The notes: generated from the sequence alone by a model not told the origin. Positions 33,918-44,203 are shown, counted from the first letter of the stretch. The stretch is DNA of 64,000 bases from Prochlorococcus sp. AG-409-N21 (GCA_003215415.1 QCKK01000002.1:49914-113913), one strand, 5' to 3'. Program-made: numbers and translations.

Positions 33918-36901
33918 CGGCGAGCAAACAAGATCATTGGTTGCAAAGTTTGCAAAAGCAACTTGCGGCCCAAAGACCATTCCAACTCTTACCAGAGGAA
34001 GAGTTATCGGCCTGGTTGAATGATGCCAAGAAAATTAATTTCTCCACAGGCGAGCTGTTACTTCGACCTGATGAACTAAGTGACAGCATTTATTTGGTTC
34101 TCCAAGGAAACGTAAGACTTATCGGGATGGGGGATGGGGTTGATCTTTATGGGCAAATTTCTCTTGATAAACGAGGCCCAGGTCAACTTCTTGGGTGGAT
34201 AGGACTCCTAAGAGGTGAAGCTTGTGAATATGTTTTAGCCAGTAATGATGTTTTTGTATTAGGACTACCATCTGCAAGATTTATACATCTGTTTCTTAAA
34301 TACCCTGACTTTGCAAAATATTTCTACGAGCTAGAAAATCCGCAAGAAACTTATGTTGTTGCTTCTTCATTCGCAGATTTACAACCTAAGCATGAAGAAG
34401 CCTGGAAAAAAGAAATGCTTGACAGGATTAAACAAGCAAGAGCAACAAGCATTAACCCAGAAGATAAATTTGAATCACTTCTAAATCTAGAAGATGGTTG
34501 GAATTGGCATATTAGTACTCCTAAAATTCCTGGATATCCAACAGGGACAATAGTTAGAGAAAAAGACTTTCCTTTACCAAACCTAACAGGCTTCCAATTA
34601 CCCTATAGGTTGGTTTGTTTACCAAACTCACAAATACTAATTACTGAAGAAGATAATGAGGAACATATTATCAATGCAGTTGATATTGACCACAACCCAG
34701 TAGACCTTGAACAATTAGGCATTTTAGAAAAAGACCTTTTAGAGGCAGAAGACAGATTTCCTGTTGTCAGAGGTAAAGGAGCAGTCGGCCAAGCAGTAGC
34801 TGCTTGCGAAATGATATCTCTTTATCAAGAAGTACCTTTTCGGCGAGACAATGTACGCAGAGCTTTTGAAGATAATGAAAGGAGAGGGAAAGGAATATCA
34901 CTTGAATTAATGGGATTTGTATGTGAAGCACTTCAAATGAAATGTCAGTTAGGGCAAACAGAAGGGCAATTTATTAGTAGTGTTGAAAGCCCAGCAATTA
35001 TGGAACTTGATAACGCTTATGTTGTCTATTTTGGTATTAGTAAAGGCAAAGCATTAATAGCTAATCCTGAAAAAGGAATGCAACATATTCCTTTAGAAGA
35101 TATAAAAGAAAAATTAGGACATGAATTTCGATTTGTTTTACCAAGAAGAGTTTCTGCAACTCCTAAGACAAGATTTGGATGGAATTGGTTTACTCCGCTT
35201 TTAAAGAAATACAAAACATCCTTAGTCCTAGTCTTTGCGTCATCATTATTGGCACAATTATTTGGATTAGCGATACCATTATTACTTCAACAAATAATTG
35301 ATAAAGTACTGGCTCAAGGTAATTTAAGCAGTCTAAATATACTCGGCTCTGCCATGATTACAATGGCCTTATTCCAAGGGGTCTTACAGGCGCTAAGAAC
35401 ATACATATTTGTTGATACAACAGACAGAATGGATCTTACTCTTGGTACGGCCGTTATTGATAGATTACTTTCCTTACCATTAAAATATTTTGAAAAAAGG
35501 CCTGTAGGCGAATTAAGTCAGAGGCTAGGAGAATTAAATACAATAAGAGGATTCCTTACAGGAACAGCCTTAATAACGGTTTTAAATATAATTTTCGCCA
35601 TCATATATCTAATAGTTATGTTATTATATTCTCCATTTTTAACAGCAATAGCGTTAAGTACCTTTCCACTATATGTTCTATTAGTTTTTGGAGTAGCTCC
35701 AATTTATAAGTTTCTAATTAGAAAAAGAGCTGTTGCTCAAGCCAAAACGCAAAGTCATTTAATTGAAATTCTAGGTGGAATTCAAACAGTTAAAGCACAG
35801 CACTTTGAATTAACTGCCAGGTGGAAATGGCAAGATAGATATAGACATTTTGTATCTGAGGGTTTCAAAAGTACTGCGCTAGGCGCCACCGCAGGCGAAA
35901 TAGGCAAATTCCTAAATACTGTGAGTGGTTTATTAATACTTTGGGTTGGAATGATGTTAGTTCTTAAGGGTGAATTTAGCCTCGGAATGCTTATCGCATT
36001 TAGAATAATTGCTGGAAACGTAACTGGACCACTTCTTCAATTAGCAGGTCTTTACCAAGGATTCCAACAAGTATCTCTATCAATGGAAAGGTTAGGGGAT
36101 ATCATCGATCAAAATCCAGAATTACAAAATCCAGATGAAATAGGTCAAATTGCTCTCCCACCAATTAAAGGAGATGTAAGGTTTGAAAATGTAAGGTTCA
36201 GATTTGGGAAAGAAGGGGCATATCAACTTGATGATGTAAGCGTAAATATAGAAGCAGGAAACTTTGTTGGAATTGTTGGTCAAAGTGGAAGTGGAAAAAG
36301 TACTTTAATGAAATTACTTCCTAAGTTATATCAACCAAAATCTGGAAGAATCTTTATAGATGATTATGATATTGGGAAAGTTGATCTAAGCAGTTTAAGA
36401 AGACAAGTTGGAATTGTTCCCCAAGATTCACTCCTATTTGAAGGGACTGTTTCAGAAAATATTGCACTTAATGACCCACAAGCCACAACAGAAACAATCA
36501 TTGAGGCAGCACGAATAGCCTGTGCGCATGAATTCATAATGGGTCTAGGCCAAGGATATGCAACTCCTATCGCAGAAAGAGGTGCAAACCTTTCAGGGGG
36601 GCAAAGACAAAGGATTGCTATTGCAAGAACAATCCTTTCCAATCCTCAATTACTAGTAATGGATGAAGCAACCAGTGCTCTTGATTACGATACCGAGAGG
36701 CAACTATGCTTAAACCTTCAGGAATGGGCTGAAAAGCGAACTGTTTTCTTTATTACTCATAGACTCTCAACTATTCGCAATAGTGATGTGATTTTAGTTA
36801 TGCATGAAGGTCGTTTAACTGAAACAGGAAATCATGAGGCTCTTATGAATGAAGGTGGAAGATATGCAGTGCTTTATAAACAACAAGATTCATCAGCTTA
36901 A
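33914..36901 (+). CDS. Type I secretion ABC exporter: N-terminal cNMP-binding-like domain + C39-like peptidase domain + 6-TM domain + ATPase
   Basis: Four regions are recognisable. (1) aa ~22-135, cNMP-binding fold pattern (FSTGELLLRPDE...IYLVLQGNVRL...). (2) aa ~283-412, C39-like region. (3) A TMD. (4) An NBD with Walker A GQSGSGKST, signature LSGGQRQR and Walker B LLVMDEATSALD. The only start that preserves the domains is TTG, overlapping the upstream stop. Confidence 0.9.
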   Translation: MTASKQDHWLQSLQKQLAAQRPFQLLPEEELSAWLNDAKKINFSTGELLLRPDELSDSIYLVLQGNVRLIGMGDGVDLYGQISLDKRGPGQLLGWIGLLRGEACEYVLASNDVFVLGLPSARFIHLFLKYPDFAKYFYELENPQETYVVASSFADLQPKHEEAWKKEMLDRIKQARATSINPEDKFESLLNLEDGWNWHISTPKIPGYPTGTIVREKDFPLPNLTGFQLPYRLVCLPNSQILITEEDNEEHIINAVDIDHNPVDLEQLGILEKDLLEAEDRFPVVRGKGAVGQAVAACEMISLYQEVPFRRDNVRRAFEDNERRGKGISLELMGFVCEALQMKCQLGQTEGQFISSVESPAIMELDNAYVVYFGISKGKALIANPEKGMQHIPLEDIKEKLGHEFRFVLPRRVSATPKTRFGWNWFTPLLKKYKTSLVLVFASSLLAQLFGLAIPLLLQQIIDKVLAQGNLSSLNILGSAMITMALFQGVLQALRTYIFVDTTDRMDLTLGTAVIDRLLSLPLKYFEKRPVGELSQRLGELNTIRGFLTGTALITVLNIIFAIIYLIVMLLYSPFLTAIALSTFPLYVLLVFGVAPIYKFLIRKRAVAQAKTQSHLIEILGGIQTVKAQHFELTARWKWQDRYRHFVSEGFKSTALGATAGEIGKFLNTVSGLLILWVGMMLVLKGEFSLGMLIAFRIIAGNVTGPLLQLAGLYQGFQQVSLSMERLGDIIDQNPELQNPDEIGQIALPPIKGDVRFENVRFRFGKEGAYQLDDVSVNIEAGNFVGIVGQSGSGKSTLMKLLPKLYQPKSGRIFIDDYDIGKVDLSSLRRQVGIVPQDSLLFEGTVSENIALNDPQATTETIIEAARIACAHEFIMGLGQGYATPIAERGANLSGGQRQRIAIARTILSNPQLLVMDEATSALDYDTERQLCLNLQEWAEKRTVFFITHRLSTIRNSDVILVMHEGRLTETGNHEALMNEGGRYAVLYKQQDSSA

Positions 36902-36928
36902 ATTCAAAATGCACTTAGAGAGAATCAT

Positions 36929-37636
36929 ATGAAAGAGGCTTCAAATCTAGAGAATAAGAATGAAGAAGGAATATGTTTTTCATCCAGCTATCTTTCCTGG
37001 ATCACCCGTACAGAATTAAGTAATGGAATATTTAGACTAGATTCAGTATTAATTCATAGATCAAACAAACAAGAAGAAACTACCTTCGTTCTTTGCAGCG
37101 GGGTGCCTGCAGGTCGAATGTATGCTGACACTGGTCCTCTCCTAAAAACTCCAAAATATTTTTATCAATTCATAGGTGGGTCAAAGACGCATAAAATCAT
37201 TCGGACACCCGCTAAGGAAAGCAATCAAAAATTGTGCGAAGATTCTCACTCAGAAAATAAATCTATTTTCCTGGAATTGGACTTTCATTTGAATAAGAAA
37301 AAAGCAAAAGCAATCAAAGCGGATGCTTTAATTGAACTATCTTCTTTAAATACACCAGTAAATTTGTGCATTTACATAAAAAGAAATCATGAAAGCATTT
37401 ATATTGAATCTCCTTTAAAGCATTGGAATTTTCTTTCAAGAGAAAGAAAATGGCAAGTTGAAAGTGCCTCAATTCTTTGGCCCTCAAATCTTGATAATTT
37501 CTGCAAGAATGCAAATTCTTCTTTCTTAATACCCGTTTGCCTACATGCCAATAAATCTAATATGATAACAATTTCTGGTGAACGCATTAAATGCCATGAA
37601 ATAGCAGCTGACTTGTCCTTCTTAGAATTGCAATGA
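36929..37636 (+). CDS. Hypothetical protein (no recognisable motif)
   Basis: A 235-aa ORF, 27 nt after the ABC gene. Its stop overlaps the next start (ATGA), so it is embedded in the operon. Confidence 0.5.
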   Translation: MKEASNLENKNEEGICFSSSYLSWITRTELSNGIFRLDSVLIHRSNKQEETTFVLCSGVPAGRMYADTGPLLKTPKYFYQFIGGSKTHKIIRTPAKESNQKLCEDSHSENKSIFLELDFHLNKKKAKAIKADALIELSSLNTPVNLCIYIKRNHESIYIESPLKHWNFLSRERKWQVESASILWPSNLDNFCKNANSSFLIPVCLHANKSNMITISGERIKCHEIAADLSFLELQ

Positions 37637-38592
37637 ATTCACAATTAAATCCAACAAAGATTGCTTTCATTGGAGCAGGTTATATGGCTTCAGAACATTT
37701 GAAGGCATTTTATGATCTTCCAAATGTACATTTATCTGGAATCTTTACTCGAACAATAGACAAAGCACTGGCCCTAAAAAGTGTATATCCAGATCTTGAA
37801 ATATATGATTCAATTAATTCTTTATATTCAAAAACAAAAGCAGATCTTGTTGTAATTGCAGTGCCAGAATTGGCCTGCCTAAGTGTATGTGAAGAAGCTT
37901 TTATATACCCATGGAAATTGCTCATAGAAAAGCCTGTAGGCTACAACTTCTCAGAAGCTTTGAAAATTGAAATGCTAGCAAACGAACTAAATTCAGAAGT
38001 ATATGTCGCCCTCAATAGAAGATTTTATTCATCAACTATTCAAGCAATTAATAAGCTTAAAAATCTACAAAGCAATAGATTAATAACAATCTTGGATCAA
38101 GAAGATGCAATTGGTGCGCTTGCCTCTGGACAACCTGAAAAGGTCGTCAAAAATTGGATGTATGCCAATTCTCTTCACTTAATTGATTATTTCTCCATGC
38201 TTTGTCGTGGCGAACATGTCACAACAAAGATTATCGAGCCATGGGAGCCTAAGCGTCCCAAGCCAGTGATGGCTAAGCTTATATTCAGTTCTGGCGATAT
38301 AGGTATATATCAAGGAATCTGGAATGCGCCTGGTCCCTGGAGTGTAGCAATTTCAACAGAAGAATTAAGAATGGAATTAAGACCAATTGAACAACTATCA
38401 TTGCAACAAAAAGGGTCAAGATCTATAGAAATGCAAGCGATTGATCCTTTAGATAATAAATACAAACCAGGCATATATCGTCAAGCTGAAGAAGCGGTTA
38501 AAGCTGCAAGGAACATAAAGAATTCTCTACCAATGCTCGAGGACGCGAATAGAAGCATGTCACTAGTATCCTCCATATATCAAAGTCAATGA
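37633..38592 (+). CDS. Gfo/Idh/MocA family oxidoreductase (PtmF-like position in a NulO cluster)
   Basis: N-terminal Rossmann motif IAFIGAGYMASEH and EKP motif (LLIEKPVG). Confidence 0.75.
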   Translation: MNSQLNPTKIAFIGAGYMASEHLKAFYDLPNVHLSGIFTRTIDKALALKSVYPDLEIYDSINSLYSKTKADLVVIAVPELACLSVCEEAFIYPWKLLIEKPVGYNFSEALKIEMLANELNSEVYVALNRRFYSSTIQAINKLKNLQSNRLITILDQEDAIGALASGQPEKVVKNWMYANSLHLIDYFSMLCRGEHVTTKIIEPWEPKRPKPVMAKLIFSSGDIGIYQGIWNAPGPWSVAISTEELRMELRPIEQLSLQQKGSRSIEMQAIDPLDNKYKPGIYRQAEEAVKAARNIKNSLPMLEDANRSMSLVSSIYQSQ

Positions 38593-39272
38593 GTCTTCTT
38601 GCTGTAATTCCCGCAAGAGGCGGATCAAAAGGAATTCCTCGCAAGAACATTCGCCTTCTTAGAGGTAAACCGCTAATTGCTTACTCTATTGAAGCTGCTC
38701 TAAATGTAGATACAATTGATAGTGTTATTGTTTCAACTGAAGACGAAGAAATCGCTTCTATCGCAAAAGATTATGGAGCAGAAGTTCCCTTTCTCAGACC
38801 CAAAAAACTTTCATATGATGACACTCCTGGAGTAGACCCAGTTTTACATCTACTTGAAAAACTAAAGTCATTTAATGAGATTTTATTACTACAACCAACA
38901 TCACCTCTACGTACTATCGAAGACATTCAAGGGATTATTGAATTTAAGCGCAATAAAAAGTGTCCATCAGCAGTCTCAATTTGCGAGGTCTCAAAACATC
39001 CTTATTGGATGTTGAGACTTTCTCCTTCTGACCTATTAGAGCCATTCATTAGGCACCAATCATTATTCTCATTGCCAAGGCAGCAATTAGAAAAAGCATA
39101 CGTTCCTAATGGAGCTCTGTATATATGTGATATACCTTGGTTAAAAGCACAAGGTAATTTTGTTGGTCCCGAAACTCGTGGTTACTTAATGCCTACAGAA
39201 CGCTCTGTAGATATAGATACACAACTTGATTGGTTGTGGGCAGAGACACTCATGCATAAAGGTAAAGAATGA
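38589..39272 (+). CDS. neuA: Acylneuraminate (nonulosonate) cytidylyltransferase, NeuA/LegF type
   Basis: LAVIPARGGSKGIPRKNI and LLQPTSPLR motifs. Confidence 0.85.
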   Translation: MSLLAVIPARGGSKGIPRKNIRLLRGKPLIAYSIEAALNVDTIDSVIVSTEDEEIASIAKDYGAEVPFLRPKKLSYDDTPGVDPVLHLLEKLKSFNEILLLQPTSPLRTIEDIQGIIEFKRNKKCPSAVSICEVSKHPYWMLRLSPSDLLEPFIRHQSLFSLPRQQLEKAYVPNGALYICDIPWLKAQGNFVGPETRGYLMPTERSVDIDTQLDWLWAETLMHKGKE

Positions 39273-40267
39273 CAAAAATTCTTGTTACTGGAGCTGATGG
39301 TTTCATTGGCTCACATCTTGTAGAAAGTCTACTTGCAAAAGATTTATCAGTAAAAGCTTTTTGCCTATACAACTCCTCAGGAAGTTGGGGTTGGTTAGAT
39401 AGCTTGTCGGAAAAAAATAAATCAAATTTAAATGTAGTGCTGGGAGACATTAGAGATCCTCTTTGTGTACGTGAAGCAATGAAAGATTGTACGCATGTTT
39501 TTCACCTCGCAGCACTAATAGCCATTCCATATAGTTATATGGCACCTGCTAGCTATATAGATACTAATATTCATGGAACTCTAAATATTGTCCAAGCGGC
39601 AAGGGAATTAGGAGTTAAAAGAGTTATTCATACTTCAACTTCAGAGACCTATGGATCAGCTCAATTTGTGCCAATTAAAGAAACACATCCCTTGGTAGGT
39701 CAATCACCATATGCGGCTAGCAAAATAGGCGCAGATCAAATTGCTTTAAGTTATTGGAGAAGCTTTGATACACCAATAACAGTTTTAAGACCTTTTAATA
39801 CTTATGGTCCTCGTCAAAGTTCAAGAGCAGTTATACCAACAATTATTAGTCAAATCGCCTCTGGCAAAAATGAAATTCATTTGGGATCACTAAGTCCAAC
39901 AAGAGACTTTAACTATGTAACAGATACGTGTGCCGCATTCTTATCAGTTATGGATGAAGATGAAGCCATAGGTAAAGTTTTAAATGTAGCGAGCCAATTC
40001 GAAATATCTATTGGTGATACTGCTACTCTCATTGCTGAAGTAATGGGTAAAAAAGTAAAGATTATTGCCGACGAAGAACGAATTAGACCTAGTGGATCAG
40101 AAGTTAATAGACTCTTTGGGGATAGCTCTCTTTTACGAAGCCTTACAAATTGGCAACCATCTTTCGGTGGTAAAGATGGCTTCAGAAAAGGCATTGAATT
40201 AACAGCCAAGTGGTTTGTGAATCCTTCAAATCTAAAGTTTTACAGAGCCAGTCGTTATGCAATTTGA
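39269..40267 (+). CDS. NAD-dependent nucleotide-sugar 4,6-dehydratase/epimerase (LegB-like)
   Basis: ILVTGADGFIGSH, the STSETYG and YAASKIGAD (YxxxK) SDR triad, and operon position. Confidence 0.8.
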   Translation: MTKILVTGADGFIGSHLVESLLAKDLSVKAFCLYNSSGSWGWLDSLSEKNKSNLNVVLGDIRDPLCVREAMKDCTHVFHLAALIAIPYSYMAPASYIDTNIHGTLNIVQAARELGVKRVIHTSTSETYGSAQFVPIKETHPLVGQSPYAASKIGADQIALSYWRSFDTPITVLRPFNTYGPRQSSRAVIPTIISQIASGKNEIHLGSLSPTRDFNYVTDTCAAFLSVMDEDEAIGKVLNVASQFEISIGDTATLIAEVMGKKVKIIADEERIRPSGSEVNRLFGDSSLLRSLTNWQPSFGGKDGFRKGIELTAKWFVNPSNLKFYRASRYAI

Positions 40268-41435
40268 GTCATCATTATTGGCTGCAATTAGCTCAGTTCT
40301 TCCTCCAGATCGTCCAATTGCCCTACATGAACCCGACTTCAAAAATACTGCTGCGCAAAAATATCTAAAAGATTGTCTTGATAGTGGCTGGGTAAGCACT
40401 AATGGTAAATGGGTCAATAGTTTTGAAGAATATTTAACTCAAATCACACAAGCAAAGCATGTAATTGCAGTAACGAATGGAACGGTAGCCCTTCGCCTAG
40501 CACTAACGATAAATGGTGTAATCTCGAATGAAGAAGTAATGATGCCTTCGCTTAGTTTCGTAGCTACAGCTAATGCATGCTCTCATCTTGGTGCAATTCC
40601 ACATTTTATAGATATAGAAAAAGAAACACTTGGAATAGATCCGATTGCACTGCAAGAACGTTTAGATCAGATTGCTGAGAAGAAAAATGATGGGGTCTGG
40701 AATAAGCAAACAGGGAGAAGAATTGCAGCAATAGTAGTTGTACATGTATTTGGACATCCTGCTCAAACAACTAAACTGAGAGCAATTGCCAATTCTTGGG
40801 GTGTTCCACTATTAGAAGATGCTGCAGAAGCTTTAGGAAGCTTTCGTGAAAACATCCATTGTGGAAGATTTGGAAAAGCTGGCATACTTAGTTTCAACGG
40901 AAACAAGCTAATAACTACAGGAGGAGGTGGGGCTCTTTTGACAGACGATGATGAATTAGCCAAACATGCTCGACACATCTCTACAACATCAAAAATTCCT
41001 CATCAATGGAACTTTTATCATGATGAAATTGGTTGGAATGACAGACTCCCTAATATAAATGCAGCTTTAGGAGTTGCTCAACTAGAAGTACTCTCACAAA
41101 GAATATCTGCCAAAAGAAAATTAAATAAGGAATATGCTTATGCAATAAAAGAAATATCTAATGTTGATATAATTTTGGAACCAATCAATTGCACCAGCAA
41201 CTACTGGCTATCTACTATTAAACTAACACATCAAGATCCTCTGCAAGCTTCTGAGCTTCGTTTAAAACTTCTCAAAGAGGCACATTTAAAAGGGCTACTT
41301 TTACGACCGGTATGGCAACCATTGCATCAATTACCAATGTATATTAATGCTCCCCATGGTGATTTATTCAAGACTGAAGATCAAGCATCAAGATTAATTA
41401 ATTTACCAAGCAGCCCACAACTTTTAAAAAGATGA
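40257..41435 (+). CDS. DegT/DnrJ/EryC1 family PLP-dependent aminotransferase (LegC-like)
   Basis: Conserved SFNGNKLITTGGGGALL (PLP-Lys) and GWNDRLPNINAALG. Confidence 0.85.
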   Translation: MQFESSLLAAISSVLPPDRPIALHEPDFKNTAAQKYLKDCLDSGWVSTNGKWVNSFEEYLTQITQAKHVIAVTNGTVALRLALTINGVISNEEVMMPSLSFVATANACSHLGAIPHFIDIEKETLGIDPIALQERLDQIAEKKNDGVWNKQTGRRIAAIVVVHVFGHPAQTTKLRAIANSWGVPLLEDAAEALGSFRENIHCGRFGKAGILSFNGNKLITTGGGGALLTDDDELAKHARHISTTSKIPHQWNFYHDEIGWNDRLPNINAALGVAQLEVLSQRISAKRKLNKEYAYAIKEISNVDIILEPINCTSNYWLSTIKLTHQDPLQASELRLKLLKEAHLKGLLLRPVWQPLHQLPMYINAPHGDLFKTEDQASRLINLPSSPQLLKR

Positions 41436-42025
41436 AACCTTTAATACTAATTGGTGCTGGCGGACATACTCGATCAGTGATTGATGTAATTGAGAAAAGT
41501 GGTATTTGGAATGTAATTGGATTAATTGGATTAAAAGAAGAGATAGGCCGGGAAATTCTTGGTTATCCAATCATCGGTACTGATAATGATCTAATGGTAA
41601 TTAGAAAAAAATGTGACAACGCCCATTTAGCAATTGGCCAACTTCCATCAGCCGACAAAAGAATCCAGTTAGCACATTATTTAAAAAAACTGACTTTTTC
41701 ACTCCCAACTATTATTTCCCCACATGCAATAATTAGTAGATATGCACAATTAGGCGAAGGAAGTTTCATTGGTCATGGTGCCATCATTAATTCCAACGCA
41801 ATCGTAGGCAAAAATTGCATTATTAACAGCATGGCACTTCTAGAGCATGACGCAAAAATTGAAGACTTCTGCCACATAAGTACTGGTGCTTTAGTAAATG
41901 GAGGTGTCCGTATCGGAGCAAACAGCTTTATTGGCAGTGGTGCAATGATAAGGGAAGGTTTGGAATTACCAAATGACACTGTTATTACTGCCCAAAAAAG
42001 GGTAATGGGATGGCCACTGTTGTAA
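41432..42025 (+). CDS. neuD: NeuD/PglD-type hexapeptide sugar N-acetyltransferase (LegH-like)
   Basis: The N-terminal LILIGAGGHTRSVIDV Rossmann-like domain is followed by left-handed beta-helix hexapeptide repeats. Confidence 0.8.
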   Translation: MKPLILIGAGGHTRSVIDVIEKSGIWNVIGLIGLKEEIGREILGYPIIGTDNDLMVIRKKCDNAHLAIGQLPSADKRIQLAHYLKKLTFSLPTIISPHAIISRYAQLGEGSFIGHGAIINSNAIVGKNCIINSMALLEHDAKIEDFCHISTGALVNGGVRIGANSFIGSGAMIREGLELPNDTVITAQKRVMGWPLL

Positions 42026-43026
42026 TTGCAGAAGCAGGTGTAAACCACAATGGTGACATGGCAATTGCCCGTCGCCTAATTGAATGTGCTGCAGAAGCTG
42101 GAGCAGATGCAGTGAAATTCCAAACTTTTTCTGCAACCGATTTAACCACTCCAGAAGCCCCCAAAGCGACATATCAACTCAAAAACGATTGCTCAAAAAG
42201 CCAGCTGGAAATGCTTAAGAAGTTGGAATTGAGCAAAAGTCAATTCCAAGAACTAAAAGAACATTGTCATAAATGTGAAATTGACTTTTTATCAACAGCT
42301 TTTGGGAACTCTCAATTAGAACTATTGCTGCAATTAGGAGTAAGTGCAATCAAGGTGCCCTCAGGAGAGATAACCCATCTGCAATTATTGAGAGGAATGT
42401 CTATAGCCGCGATAACTCACCATTTACCTGTTTATTTATCAACTGGAATGAGTAATTTAGGAGAAGTTGAAGCCGCCTTAAAAGTTTTTCTAGATGCGGG
42501 AGTAAATCAGTCAGACGTGACATTGCTCCATTGCTTAAGTGCTTATCCAGCCCCTCAAGAGCAAGTCAACTTGTTAGCCATGAAAACCCTCGCAGATGCA
42601 TTTTCATGCCCAGTTGGCTACTCAGATCACACACTTGGAATAACAGCTCCAATTTGTGCTGTTTCGTTAGGTGCAAAAGTCATTGAAAAACATCTCACCA
42701 TTGATCAAAACCTTGAAGGACCCGACCATAAAGCCAGTCTCGAGCCAAAATTATTTAAAGCAATGGTAGAAGCTATTCGAAATACTGAAAGTCTTCTTGG
42801 AGATGGACAAAAACGAGCTCAATCTTCTGAACTTGAAACTCGACATGTGGCCAGAAGATCGCTGAGAGCAGCTCATCCGATAAAGAATGGTCAACTTATC
42901 CAACCTCAAGACTTAATAGCCCAACGACCTGCAGATGGACTCAGCCCAATGGCTTATGACCAAATCGTTGGACAAAAAGCAACAAAGGATTATCAAATAA
43001 GTGAGCCATTTGGGTTGATTCCTTGA
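42010..43026 (+). CDS. neuB: N-acetylneuraminate-family (nonulosonate) synthase, NeuB/LegI type
   Basis: IAEAGVNHNGD and KFQTF, metal/PEP site (GYSDHTLG, EKHLT), and a C-terminal SAF domain. Confidence 0.92.
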   Translation: MATVVIAEAGVNHNGDMAIARRLIECAAEAGADAVKFQTFSATDLTTPEAPKATYQLKNDCSKSQLEMLKKLELSKSQFQELKEHCHKCEIDFLSTAFGNSQLELLLQLGVSAIKVPSGEITHLQLLRGMSIAAITHHLPVYLSTGMSNLGEVEAALKVFLDAGVNQSDVTLLHCLSAYPAPQEQVNLLAMKTLADAFSCPVGYSDHTLGITAPICAVSLGAKVIEKHLTIDQNLEGPDHKASLEPKLFKAMVEAIRNTESLLGDGQKRAQSSELETRHVARRSLRAAHPIKNGQLIQPQDLIAQRPADGLSPMAYDQIVGQKATKDYQISEPFGLIP

Positions 43027-44165
43027 GACAAAACCTGATTCCAATAGCAGTATTTACTGGCAGTCGAGCGGAATATGGATTACTACGCCATCTAATAAAA
43101 AATCTTGATTCTGAGCCAAGTATCGATTTGCAATTGATAGTCAGTGGGGCACATTTAAGTAATACTCATGGGCTAACAGTATGCGAAATTAATCAAGATG
43201 GAATCAAACCAAAAGCATTAGTTCCTCTCTCTCTAGACGAAAAATTCATCCCTTCTATGTCAAGTCTTACTGCAGAAGCGTTGAAGGGAGTTGGAGAAGT
43301 TCTTGAAAATCTACAACCTAAAGCATTAATAGTCCTTGGAGATAGATATGAAACATTTGCAGCGGCAAGTGCTGCACATCTTCAAGGAATACCTGTTATT
43401 CACCTGCATGGCGGAGAAGCAACTCATGGAGCTCTAGATGACCGTCTTAGGCATGCAATTAGTCAACTAAGTACTTGGCATTTCACCGCGGCTGAGCCAT
43501 ACAGAGAATGTGTTATTGCAATGGGAGCAGCCTCAGAGCGAGTATTCCAAGTGGGGCCTATGGCTATTGATGGCTTATTGAGCAAACAATTGCTCAATAG
43601 ATCTGAATTTGAATCTCGAACTGGATATCTCTTTAACAAAAGCAATCTTCTAGTTACATATCATCCAGAAACGTTATTAAAAGATAAAGGAATAGAAGGC
43701 TTCAGAATACTTTTAGAGGCATTAGAAATGAAAAATTGCAACATCCTCTTTACCCAACCGAATGCCGATGATGGCGGAACATTTATTGAAACTTTATTGG
43801 ATGACTTTGTCATGAAATATCCAAAACGAAGTTGGAAATTTGCATCTCTTGGCCAAGAGCTATATCACTCAGCACTTCATTTATTTGAAGCAATGGCAGG
43901 CAATTCTTCTAGTGGGCTCATTGAAGCACCGCTGATTGGCCTCCCAGTAGTTAATATTGGCAATAGGCAATCGGGCAGATTGCGACAGGGGAATATATTT
44001 GATATCCCAGACCCCAACTTGATTGTCGTATCAAATGGGATAAGACAGGCTCTGAAGGAAGGAACACGGTCATCTTGGCCTAGACCTGGTATCTCAAAGC
44101 AACTTTCTCCCAGCAAAAGCATCATTGAATGGCTAAAGAATCAAAAATCAAAGGGTTATAACTGA
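43023..44165 (+). CDS. neuC: Hydrolysing nucleotide-sugar 2-epimerase, NeuC/LegG type
   Basis: IAVFTGSRAEYGLL, LGDRYE and HLHGGE motifs. Confidence 0.88.
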   Translation: MRQNLIPIAVFTGSRAEYGLLRHLIKNLDSEPSIDLQLIVSGAHLSNTHGLTVCEINQDGIKPKALVPLSLDEKFIPSMSSLTAEALKGVGEVLENLQPKALIVLGDRYETFAAASAAHLQGIPVIHLHGGEATHGALDDRLRHAISQLSTWHFTAAEPYRECVIAMGAASERVFQVGPMAIDGLLSKQLLNRSEFESRTGYLFNKSNLLVTYHPETLLKDKGIEGFRILLEALEMKNCNILFTQPNADDGGTFIETLLDDFVMKYPKRSWKFASLGQELYHSALHLFEAMAGNSSSGLIEAPLIGLPVVNIGNRQSGRLRQGNIFDIPDPNLIVVSNGIRQALKEGTRSSWPRPGISKQLSPSKSIIEWLKNQKSKGYN

Positions 44166-44203
44166 ACCTTCCATATACACTCCAACTGTGATGACTAAGT
44201 GAC

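Noticed and set aside
33914-36901. Interpreting the C39-ABC protein as a bacteriocin/lanthipeptide (prochlorosin-type, GG-leader) exporter.
   Set aside because: There are no short GG-leader precursor ORFs or modification enzymes (LanM-like) in the window. By-eye alignment suggests the catalytic His (and the Asp) of the C39 domain are replaced. Not fully excluded, because precursor genes can be encoded elsewhere.
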